Of a stretch of DNA of 64,000 nt, positions 22,801 through 35,100 are shown one piece after another. Within the stretch, counting starts at the first letter, position 1. Each line of letters starts with the position of its first letter. The notes below the pieces were generated by a model. It did not search any database and was not told the origin of the DNA. It saw only the letters and a program-made list of their open reading frames with translations. Made by a program: the position numbers and the translations under genes. The stretch comes from Macrostomum lignano (taxonomy: Eukaryota), in assembly GCA_002269645.1 (NCBI GenBank), contig NIVC01001163.1, positions 1-64,000 on the forward strand, written 5' to 3'.

Positions 22801-25800
22801 AGATTTGGCAAACCTACACACAGTTTAGTCAGCAAAGGGTGATGACTGATTGGCCATGAAGGCCGATCCTTAAACGGCGCTGCAAATTGGATTTTCACAG
22901 GCGGTGTGTAGGCGTAGGCGCACAGATACTTCATCAATGTATGCATACATAATACAATAGAGTGCGCCAGGCACACAGTATTGGAACAACAGCTTGTCTG
23001 TTGATTGCAAGCAAATAATAACTAAACGCCCGTGTAACTTATCGTTTGTGCTTAAAAAACAGAAACACTAAGTGCATACGGATGAAGACAGCGTTACATT
23101 GCAGAGAAGCGGATTGTCGACTTTAAAATAATGATTAACCATCTCAAATCCTCATCCCACAGATCCCCATCTCAAATCCTCATCCCACAGATACCCGTCT
23201 CAAATCCTCATCCCACATATACCCGTCTCAAATCCTCATCCCACAGATCTTCATCTCCAATCCTCATCCCACAGATCCCCATCTCCAATCCTCATCCCAC
23301 AGATCCCCATCTCAAATCCTCATCCCACAGATCCCCATCTCCAATTCTCATCCCACAGATACCCGTCTCAAATCCTCATCCCACAGATCCCCATCTCCAA
23401 TCCCCATCCCACAGATCCCCATCTCCAATTCTCATCCCACAGATACCCGTCTCAAATCCTCATCCCACAGATCCCCATCTCCAATCCCCATCCCACAGAT
23501 CCCCATCTCCAATCCCCATCCCACAGATCCCCATCTCCAATCTTCATCCCACAGATCCCCATCTCCAATCCCCATCCCACAGATCCCAATCTCCAATCTT
23601 CATCCCACAGATCCCTATCTCCAATCCTCATCCCACATATCCCCACCACAAATCCTCATACCACATATCCCCACCACAAATCCTCATCCCACAGATCCCC
23701 ATCTCAGAATCCTCATCCAGCCTCACCTCTCATCCGGGTCGCCCGAGCTGACATCGCTAAGCAGATCGTCATCCTCGCTGTCCTGACCGTCCTGCAGCAT
23801 AGCCTGCAGATCGGCGATTCGCTTCTTGGCGGCTTTGAGCTCGGACTCTATGGCGGACTTCTCCTCCTCGGCGGTCTCGAACCGCTGGGCAAGGTCGTTC
23901 CGCTTGCGCTCGCTGTCGGCCAGGCGCTCCTCGAGATCCGTGGCGTCGTCCTTCAAATCGCGCAGCTGCTTGGTTAGCCGCCGGCTTTTCTCTTTCTCGG
24001 CCTGCTCGGAGCTCTGCAGAGTGTCGCGCTCCTCCAGGGTGCGCTCGCTCTGCTCCTTCAGCCTGTCCACCTGGGGGCAGTTGCCGGGCGGGGGTATCGT
24101 TTAAACGGTGCCAATTAAAGCACTGTCACAATGTTCTAAACGGGTCTTTACCTTTAAAGACACTCAAATAAGACTACTTACAGTAGCTATAACCCACTTG
24201 ATTTTACAGTTCAACGCAAGTAGGCTATAACAGGTGAAAATATCGCGGTAGATAAACAGAGCAAAATTAACAGGAAAATAGCTGGGAAGGATATCGTATT
24301 ACGTAAAATATGTACAACTAGAGTTTAACGCCTAGAACTATACTGTGTAGTTGACTGACTAAACAGAAGGGAGCTAAATACCTGCAAAGGTGGGAAAGCA
24401 TGCTACCTAGAACACATCTGTGGGTCCTGAAGTCCTGAGGTGGGATTTCATAATTTTAGGAAAGTTGATATTTGAATACCGGGCTGGGGAAATACCAGGC
24501 TGGGGATTTAAAATATTGTAATGGGGGTTAAGCTAGGAATTGGGATTAAGCTAGGAATTGGGTTTAAGCTAGGAATTGGGTTTAAGCTAGGAATGGGGAT
24601 TAAGCTAGGAATTGGGATTAAGCTAGGAATTGGGATTAAGCTAGGAATTGGGTTTAAGCTAGGAATTGGGTTTAAGCTAGGAATGGGGATTAAGCTAGGA
24701 ATTGGGATTTAGGCTAGAAAATTGGGATTAAGCTAGGAATGGGGATTAAGCTAGGAATTGGGATTAAGCTAGGAATTGGGATTTAAGCTAGGGGATTGGG
24801 TTTAAGCTAGGGGATTGGGTTTAAGCTAGGAATTGGGATTTAAGCTAGGAATTGGGATTAAGCTAGGAATTGGGATTAAGCTAGGAATGGGGATTAAGCT
24901 AGGAATTGGGATTTAGGCTAGGAAATTGGGATTAGGCTAGAAATGGGGATTAAACTAGGAATTGTTGGACTAGTTTTTTTATTTATCAATGGGTATTAAA
25001 AATCCTTTAAAAATACGGATTCGAATATCGGCATGGGGATTTGAAGTCTTCGAATAATGGGAACTGAAATCCCAGAACAAAGCCCTGACTCCAACAAATT
25101 AAGGTTGTTCGGCTACCCCCCCCCCCGCCAGGCAATAGCTCACCTGATTGGTCAGCCGAGTCTTGGCCGTGGTCTCTAAATCCAGCTTGGACTCCAGCTC
25201 TCGAATCCGGCTCTCGTACTTGGCCACCACGGCCCGGTCCACCGTGTCTGACTCGGCGCTGGCCAGCCGGGCGTCCAGCTCCGCAGCCCGCTGCTTCAGC
25301 TGGTCCCGCTCGGATAGCAGCGCTTCGATCTCCTTCGCCTGACTCTGCACCGTGCGCTGGTCCGCCTCCTGCCGGCTGGCCGCGGCTTTGCACTTGCGCA
25401 GCAGGTCATTGAGCTCGTCTTCCAGCTCTTCGTTGTGCGCGGCAAGCTCCCGGCTGGTCCGGGTGGCCGCGGCCAGCTTGTCGTCCAGCTCTGCCCGGCT
25501 GCGCTGCGACTCGTCTAGCGCCGCCTGCCAATTCATGTGAGGTGGCTGGGGCTGGAGCTGGGGATTAGAGAGACTGGCGCTGGAAGCTGGGGATTAGGGA
25601 GGCTGGCGCTGGGAGCTGGGGATTAGGGAGGCTGGCGCTGGGAGCTGGGGATTAGGGAGGCTGGGAGCTGGGAGCTGGGGATTGGGGAGACTGGGGCTGG
25701 GAGCTGGGGATTAGGGAGGCTGGGGCTGGGAGCTGGGGATTAGGGAGGCTGGGGCTGGGAGCTGGGGATTGGGGAGACTGGGGCTGGGAGCTGGGGATTA

Positions 25801-28800
25801 GGGAGGCTGGGGCTGGGAGCTGAGGATTAGAGAGACTGGGGCTGGGAGCTGGGGATTAGAGAGACTGGGGCTGGGAGCTGGGGATTAGGGAGGCTGGGGC
25901 TGGGAGCTGGGGATTAGGGAGGCTGGGGCTGGGAGCTGGGGATTAGGGAGGCTGGGGCTGGGAGCTGGGGATTGGGGAGACTGGGGCTGGGAGCTGGGGA
26001 TTGGGGAGACTGGGGCTGGGAGCTGAGGATTAGAGAGACTGGGGCTGGGAGCTGGGGATTAGGGAGGCTGGCGCTGGGAGCTGGGGATTAGGGAGGCTGG
26101 GGCTGGGAGCTGGGGATTAGGGAGGCTGGGGCTGGGAGCTGGGGATTGGGGAGACTGGGGCTGGGAGCTAGGGATTAGGGAGGCTGGGGCTGGGAGCTGG
26201 GGATTAGGGAGGCTGGGACTGGGAGCTTTGGATTAGGGAGGCTGGGATTAGGGAACTAGGAGCTACGGATTAGGGAGACTGGGACTGGGGGCTGGGGATT
26301 AGTGAGGCTGGGGATTAGGGAGACTGGGGCTGGGAGCTGGGGATTAGGGAGGCTGGGGCTGGGAGCTGGGGATTAGGGAGGCTGGGGCTGGGAGCTGGGG
26401 ATTGGGGAGACTGGGGCTGGGAGCTGGGGATTAGAGAGACTGGGGCTGGGAGCTGGGGATTAGGGAGGCTGGCGCTGGGAGCTGGGGATTAGGGAGGCTG
26501 GGGCTGGGAGCTGGGGATTAGGGAGGCTGGGGCTGGGAGCTGGGGATTGGGGAGACTGGGGCTGGGAGCTGGGGATTAGGGAGGCTGGGGCTGGGAGCTG
26601 GGGATTAGGGAGGCTGGGGCTGGGAGCTGGGGATTGGGGAGACTGGGGCTGGGAGCTGGGGATTAGGGAGACTGGGGCTGGGAGCTAGGGATTAGGGAGG
26701 CTGGGGCTGGGAGCTGGGGATTAGGGAGGCTGGGACTGGGAGCTTTGGATTAGGGAGGCTGGGATTAGGGAACTAGGAGCTATGGATTAGGGAGACTGGG
26801 ACTGGGGGCTGGGGATTAGTGAGGCTGGGGATTAGGGAGACTGGGGCTGGGAGCTGGGGATTAGGGAGACTGGCGCTGGGAGCTGGGGATTAGAGGCTGG
26901 CGCTGGGAGCTAGGGATTAGGGAGACTGGGGCTGGGAGCTGGGGATTAGGGAGACTGGGGCTGGGAGCTGGGGATTAGGGAGGCTGGGACTGGGAGCTGG
27001 GGATTAGGGAGGCTGGGGATTAGGGAGCTGGGGCTGGGAGCTGGGGATTAGGGAACTGGGACTGGGAGCTGGGAATTAGGGAGGCTGGAAGAATAGTAGA
27101 CAGGCACCAAGACAGGTAGTCATGGACACTAGGCCAGACAGACAAACAGACAGGCAGGCAGACAGGCAAGTAAACCCTGGTCGCACCTGAAGCTCCTCCA
27201 AATCGGCCTCAGCCGAGCGGCGCCCTCTGAGCGCCAGGTCGCGCGCCGACTCGGCATCTTCGAGCTGTTCGCGTAGCTGCTTGATGAGGCCGCTCTGGTC
27301 GCCAGCCCGCCTGACCTGCTCCAGCTCGGCCTGCGTGTCCTTCAGCACCGCGCGCAGCCGTTTCAACTCCTTGCGCTGGCGTCGACGTTCTGCGTCGGCC
27401 CTGGGACCGCCGGAGGCGCTAGCGCCATCCTGATCTCGCGCCACCAGCTCCGCCAGCTGGCGCTCAGCCTCGCGCTTCTCCCTAGCCAGCCGCTGCCGCT
27501 CCTGCTGCTCCTCTTCGAGTTGCTCCTCCAGGTTGCGCAGTCGGCGCTGCTGGGCGTAGCGCTGGTTGTCCAGCTCGGCGTCCCGCTCCTCCGCCTCGCG
27601 GGCCATCTGGGATCAGAATGGCTGGTCCAGTTTATCAACAAATCAGTCCAGTTTATCAACAAATCAGTCCAGTTTACCAACAAATCAGTCCAGTTTATCA
27701 ACAAATCAGTCCAGTTTATCAACAAATCAGTCCAGTTTACCAACAAATCAGTCCAGTTTATCAACAAATCAGTCCAGTTTATCAACAAATCAGTCCAGTT
27801 TATCAACAAATCAGTCCAGTTTATCAACAAATCAGTCCAGTTTACCAACAAATCAGTCCAGTTTATCAACAAATCAGTCCAGTTTATCAACAAATCAGTC
27901 CAGTTTATCAACAAATCAGTCCAGTTTATCAACAAATCAGTCCAGTTTATCAACAAATTAATCCAGTTTATCAACAAATCAGTCCAGTGTATTAACAAGT
28001 CAGTCCAGCCCTATTAACTCAGCCTCACCTGCTGCCGCAGTCTCTCTGCCTCCATCTCAATACGGGACTTGTCCTGCTCAGCAGCATCGAGTTGAGCAGC
28101 CAGGTCTTCGACCTCCTCCTCGAGCGAGGCCACCTTCTGCTCCAGGTCCGCCCGGGCCCGCTTCAGCCGGCCCATCTCGAATTCGCTCTCCGAGGCGGAG
28201 CCGGCGCTGGTCATCAGGCCGCCAGTGAGGTCCGCCAGCTGGTCCTGCAGCCGCTGGGACCGCTCCTGGGCGCTGGCCGCCGAGGCTTTGGCGTCCTGCA
28301 GTTCGCGCTCCAGGCGCCACTTGTCGCCAAGCAGCTCGTCGCGAGTGCGCTGAAGAGCTTCGCGGGACTCCAGCTGGTCTGAGAGCTCCTGGAATTCGGG
28401 ACGAGATTGTTCGAATTAGATTCTATCGATGTTTTACGAGCTACTAGTCTAATAATCAAATAAAACTTATTAATCAGCTTTCAATCCATTCAAACTATCA
28501 ACCTATTGACTCATCAAACTATTAATCTATCAACTCATCAAGCTATCAATCTTTTGACTCATCAAACTATTAATCTACCAACTCATCAAGCTATCAATTT
28601 ATTGACTCACCAATCTATCAATCTATTGACACATCAAACTATTAATCTACCGACTTATCAAACTATCAATCTTTTGACTCATCAAACTATTAATCTATCA
28701 ACTCATCAAGCTATCAATCTTTTGACTCATCAAACTATTAATCTATCAACTCATCAAGCTATCAATCTTTTGACTCATCAAACTATTAATCTATCAACTC

Positions 28801-29160
28801 ATCAAGCTATCAATCTTTTGACTCATCAAACTATTAATCTATCAACTTATCAAACTATCAATCTTTTGACTCATCAAACTATTAATCTATCAACTCATCA
28901 ATCTATCAATCTTTTGACTCATCAAACTATTAATCTACCAACTCATCAAGCTATCAATCTTTTGACTCATCAAACTATTAATCTACCAACTCATCAAGCT
29001 ATCAATTTATTGACTTATCAAACTATCAATCTTTTGACTCATCAAACTATTAATCTATCAACTCATCAAACTATCAATCTTTTGACTCATCAAAATATTA
29101 ATCTACCAACTCATCAAGCTATAAATCTATCTATCTATCTATCAATCAATCAATCAACCT

Positions 29161-29193
<33 letters not shown>

Positions 29194-32100
29194 CTGACCA
29201 ACCAACCAATCAATAAATAAATAAATAAATAAATAAATAAATCAACCAACCAATCAATCAATCAATCAAAGCACCTAAACGGCAAATGCACCTGATTGAG
29301 TCTGGCTAATTCCGCATCGTGCCGCTTCTGCCGTTTCTCCAGATCCGACTTCCGGTCCAGAGCCTCCTCCAGCTGCGCGCGCAGGTCAGACGCCTCCTGC
29401 TGAGTTTTCGTAGCCCGCCGTTTCAATCCGGCCACCTCTTCGACCAGATCGTCGCGCTCAACGCTGACGGTCTGTAGCCTGGCCTCCACGGCTTTGCGCT
29501 GATCGTAGTGCTCAGCCTCCTGATCGGCCAGCTTGGCATTGGCCGTGGCCAGATCCCGGCCCAGCCGGTCGATGCGCAGCCGGTACATCACCTCCGTCTC
29601 TTCGCCGTCGTCCGAAGTTGCAGTGTCGTCCCGTTTCTTGCTGGAGCTGTCCTCCAGCCGGCTGGATCTGCGCGGGTTGTTGGAGATGATTCATTAAATT
29701 GTTACTCACCTGGAGTACCAGCTATGATTCATTTGTAGACCTGCTAATTCCCCTGCAACCCCACTGATTCCCCTGCAACCCCACTGATTCCCCGGCAATC
29801 CCCACTTATTCCCCTGTAATACCCACTGATTCCCCGGCAATCCCCACTGATTCCCTAGCAATCCCCACTGATTCCCCTGCAATCCCCACTGATTCCCCTG
29901 CAATCCCCACTTATTCCCCTGTAATACCCACTGATTCCCCGGCAATCTCCACTAATTCCCCGGCAATCTCCACTGATTCCCCGGCAATCTCCACTGATTC
30001 CCCTGTAATCCCCACTGATTCCCCTGTAACACCCAAGCTAATCCCAAACTCTAAAAAGCCTGTAAGTTCTGTAGAGCTCCGTCAACCCACCGAAGCGCAC
30101 TCTGCACATCCTTCTGATGCAGCACAGTGAGTTCATTCTCCAGCTGTTCGTATCTCCGCCGTTCAGCCGACAATTTCTGTCTGAGCTCGTCCGCTTCCCG
30201 CTCGGCGATGAGGCGGCGCTCGCGCTCAGTCTCCAGCTGCTCGCTGAAGTTGGCCGCCTCCGAGCGATCGTGGCGCAAATCGTTATTAGCGTTAGTCAGC
30301 TTGTTCTCCAGCTGGGCGCAGCGCTGCCGCAGCTCAGCTCGCTCCCGTTCCAGCTGCTCAATTCGAGCTCGGAGCTCGGCCACTTCGCTTGGGTCGGCCG
30401 CGCCTGCGGCTCTGGCGCTTGCCAACGCCAGCGGGCGGACCCGGCTGTACAGGCGCCACCAAGGCCAGCGCCGCAGCTCCATGTAGATGGCGCAGTTGCG
30501 CTGGATAATCTCGGCCGCGTGGGCCCGGACTCGAGCCTCGTGGGCGCGCCGGCGGGCCAGATGGCCACGGCAGGCAGCCTGGAAGTGGACCAGGTGCGAG
30601 CGGGCCGCCTCCTCGCGGCGCTCGTCCAGCTGGGCGAGGGCGCCGGAGCGGAAGAACACCTGCGGACAGGTGGGGATTTATAGTGAACGATGATTTATAG
30701 ACCGTCGCATCGATGGACTGCGGCAATTCCGGGAAACAGGCAGATGAAGCCATGAGATCCGCAGAAATGCCATTGGAATTATTTGTAAACATAAGCAATG
30801 ATAATCCACAGAAATCCCAATGGGATTATTTTGTAAACACAAGGAATGATAATCCGCAGAAATCCCAATGGGATTATTTTGTAAACACAAGCTATGATAA
30901 TCCACAGAAATCCCATTGGGATTATTTTGTAAACACAAGCAATGATAATCCACAGAGACCCCAATGGGATTGGTTTTGTAAACACAGACTATGAGAACCG
31001 CAGAAATCCCATTGGGATTATTTTTTAAACTCAAGCTATGAGATCCGCAGAAATCCCATTGGGATCATTTTGTAAACACAAGCTATGAGATCCGCAGAAA
31101 TCCCATTGGGATAATTTTGTAAACACAGACTATGAGAACCGCAGAAATCCCATTGGGATAATTTTGTAGACTCAAGCTATGAGATCCGCAGAAATCCCAT
31201 TGGGATAATTTTGTAAACACAAGCTATGAGATCCGCAGAAATCCCATTGGGATAATTTTGTAAACACAAGCTATGAGATCCGCAGAAATCCCATTGGGAT
31301 AATTTTATAAACACAAGCTATGAGATTCGCAGAAATCCCATTGGGATTATTTTTTAAACTCAAGCTATGAGATCCGCAGAAATCCCATTGGGATAATTTT
31401 GTAAACACAAGCTATGAGATCCGCAGAAATCCCATTGGGATAATTTTGTAAACTCAAGCTATGAGATCCGCAGAAATCCCATTGGGATTATATTTTAAAC
31501 TCAAGCTATGAGAACCGCAGAAATCCCATTGGGATTATTTTTTAAACTCAAGCTATGAGATCCGCAGAAATCCCATTGGGATTATTTTTTAAACTCAAGC
31601 TATGAGATCCGCAGAAATCCCATTGGGATTATTTTTTAAACTCAAGCTATGAGATCCGCAGAAATCCCATTGGGATTATTTTTTAAACTCGAGCTATGAG
31701 ATCCGCAGAAATCCCATTGGGATAATTTTGTAAACACAAGCTATGAGATCCGCAGAAATCCCATTGGGATTATTTTTTAAACTCAAGCTATGAGATCCGC
31801 AGAAATCCCATTGGGATTATTTTTTAAACTCAAGCTATGAGATCCGCAGAAATCCCATTGGGATAATTTTGTAAACACAAGCTATGAGATCCGCAGAAAT
31901 CCCATTGGGATTATTTTTTAAACTCAAGCTTTGAGATCCGCAGAAATCCCATTGGGATAATTTTGTAAACACAAGCTATGAGATCCGCAGAAATCCCATT
32001 GGGATTATTTTTTAAACTCAAGCTATGAGATCCGCAGAAATCCCATTGGGATTATTTTTTAAACTCAAGCTATGAGATCCGCAGAAATCCCATTGGGATA

Positions 32101-35100
32101 ATTTTGTAAACACAAGCTATGAGATCCGCAGAAATCCCATTGGGATAATTTTGTAAACTCAAGCTATGAGATCCGCAGAAATCCCATTGGGATTATTTTT
32201 TAAACTCAAGCTATGAGATCCGCAGAAATCCCATTGGGATTCTCTTTAAGCAATGAAGTCGGCGAAAGCCTGCATCTTGAGAAGTGTTATGCTTAGATAA
32301 TTCGAGTATACGGTGCAAATAAGAGCAATAGATTATACTTACGCATAATTGACTTTTGTAGTAATTATTATTGTCACTAAACAGTTCGGTATGCAGTGTG
32401 ACGTGATGCTGCTGCTGCTGCTGCTGGTTAAGCCTGGGACTAACAGAGACAACTGAGGAGGAGGCGGCAGCAGCAGCAGCAGCCATTTTAGCAGATTGCA
32501 CCTGTCGACTCGAAGGTTCCGGGGACATAGTTTTTACAGAACTACAGCCACTGTATAATTATGTAAATCAAGCCATGCCCTTAGGGTCTTCTTTGTTATG
32601 CAGAAATATAAATAAACTAACAATAACCAGTGTTGCTTATTGAAATAGTTGGTGTATAAAAAACCTGCGCGCATGCTGCAGGGGAGGTACTTGGGAGGGA
32701 ACAGAGATTAAGGAAGCCCAGAGGGGGGGGGGAGAAATGTACGCTCTAGGACTGACTGGAGTGAAAAGCTCCGGGATAGGGTGTACTCAAGCGACTACGG
32801 GACTTACTGGAGAGCCAATGGTTAATGGGAGGTGCACGGAAAGAAGGGGAGTGGCTGAGAGTATGGGAGTGCAGCCTAGCCAGAGATTGAGCAGTGAGCA
32901 GTGTGGGGGGCAGGGGGGCAGTAGGGTGATTGAGTTACCGGAATGAAAATAGGAAGGCCGGGCGGGTACAAGAGAAGAGAGACGGCAGAAACAAATGCTA
33001 AGGGGAAGTGAAAAATAAGAAGCTGCCCAAGTCCGCGGGAATTTAGCATTGTTGAAATGAATGATTCATTGGTCTGAGCAAGCGGGGCCAAGGGCGTTTG
33101 GAAGCAATAGCCGCCGCCGACTTAACTTAGCGAGCTGACGTCAAGAAAGAAAACAGCCCAGTCACTGAATTGATCATTGATTTTAGTTAACTACGGGATA
33201 GAGGGAGTGACCAGCGCAGAGCTGCCAACAATGCACCTAATGACTGATGATTTATAAAGTACACTGATAAGAGACTGGCGCTAATTGCACCTGCAAGCTG
33301 GATAATTTCGCCATCGCCTGGGCTATGATAGCCCTTGATAAACTAATCAATAGGCTGTTAAATCAGGTCATTTTAAGAGATGATTTTCAAAACGCCACTT
33401 TTGGAAGGGCGGTTTTTAGCAGCTATTTTCAAGAGGTGATTTTTAGGAAGTGATTCTTAAGAGGCGATTTTTAATAAGAGGCGATTATTAAGGAGGCGAT
33501 TTTTAGGAGACGATTCTTTAAAGGCAATTTTAAAGAGGCGATTGTTACGAGGTGATTTTAAGGAGGCGATTTTTAAGAGGCAATCTTTAAGAGGCGATTT
33601 TTAGAGGCGAATCACGCGAGGTTTCATAAAGCATCCAGACAATCGAGTACCTCACCTGAGTATTCCCAATCTTATAAGCGGCCGCGGCCAGCCCCAGATC
33701 CTCCAGCACTGCGGTCGCGGCCTCCCGTTCGTCCAGCATCACAGCGACAGCCTGGCGAACCTCGGGCTTGGCTAGGCTGGCGTAGCGCTGTCGCAGCTCC
33801 CGGAAGTTGGCCTGCTCCGGGTAGCTGTACTTGTACGAGCGCACCGTGTTGAGAATGTGAAAGGCGCGCAGCTGCAGCCGGAGCAGAGGCGTGTTGACGC
33901 CCTGAGTAAAGTCTGGCGCCATCAGGGAGCTCTTCAGGTCGCACAGGCCGGCGTTGTGCACAGGGGACAGGCAGTAGACAAAGTGGATGCGACCGCCTGA
34001 GCTGGCCTTCTTCATCAGGTCTGTCAGGTAGTCCATCTGCGATTTTACCTGTGGATTTGGGTGGGAATAGAGGGGAGTCGGGGGGCCATTGAGTCTGGTT
34101 GGATACACAGACATTTCTGAGTCTGATTGAGTGATTTACTAGGGATTTAGACCAAGGATTTTGTCCACTAAGAGACCACTAAGAATCACTAAGAGAGCAC
34201 TTAGAGACCACTGAGAGAGCACTAAGAGACCACTAAGAGACCTAAGAGAGCACTAAGAGACCACTAAGAGACCACTAAGATACCTACTAAAATAACACTA
34301 AGAGACACTAAGGGTCTACTAAGTGTCCACTAAGATACCACTAAGAGAGCACCAAGAGGCCACTATGGGTACACTAAGAGACCACAGAGAGAGCACTAAG
34401 AGATCACAAACGTCCACTAAGAGAGCACCAAGAGGCCACTATGGGTACACTAAGAGACCACAGAGAGAGCACTAAGAGATCACAAACGTCCACTAAGAGA
34501 GCACCAAGAGGCCACTATGGGTACACTAAGAGACCACAGAGAGAGCACTAAGAGATCACAAACGTCCACTAAGAGAGCACTAAGAAGGCACTAAGGGTCC
34601 ACTAAAAGACCCCAAAGAGACCACATGACCTCGGCTCACCTGAGCAGACACGCTCTTCTGCCTGTACAGCATAGATGTGTTGGGCCGCAGCGGCCCCCTT
34701 CTTACGCCGGCATTCTGCGCCCTGGCCTCGGATATCAGCCTGGCAGTGAAATCGTCAGCGCTCCTCTCCAGCAGCTCCAGCGCCTGCCCAGAGCTGGGAT
34801 ACTCGCGGCAGTTCTTCAGCCAGGAGAGCGGGTTGTACAGCACTGGCGTGGTTAAATTGCAGTGATTCAGCACAAAATTGCCGCCTTTGGCTCTTCGTAG
34901 GAGGCGAGAATTTCTGTCGCGAAATTGCTGCTTATGCCGGTGATAGAGCTGGTGCATCCGGCGGACAAAGGACTGGTCGTTGCCGGACACGCTCTCTTCG
35001 TCTAGCAGCCACAGCAGGCCCTGCTGCTGGTCCGGCCCGGAGTCGCCGCCAGATTTCACGGCCGAGTTCGAAGCGGCCAATGCGGCGCCGGACTGCCGAT

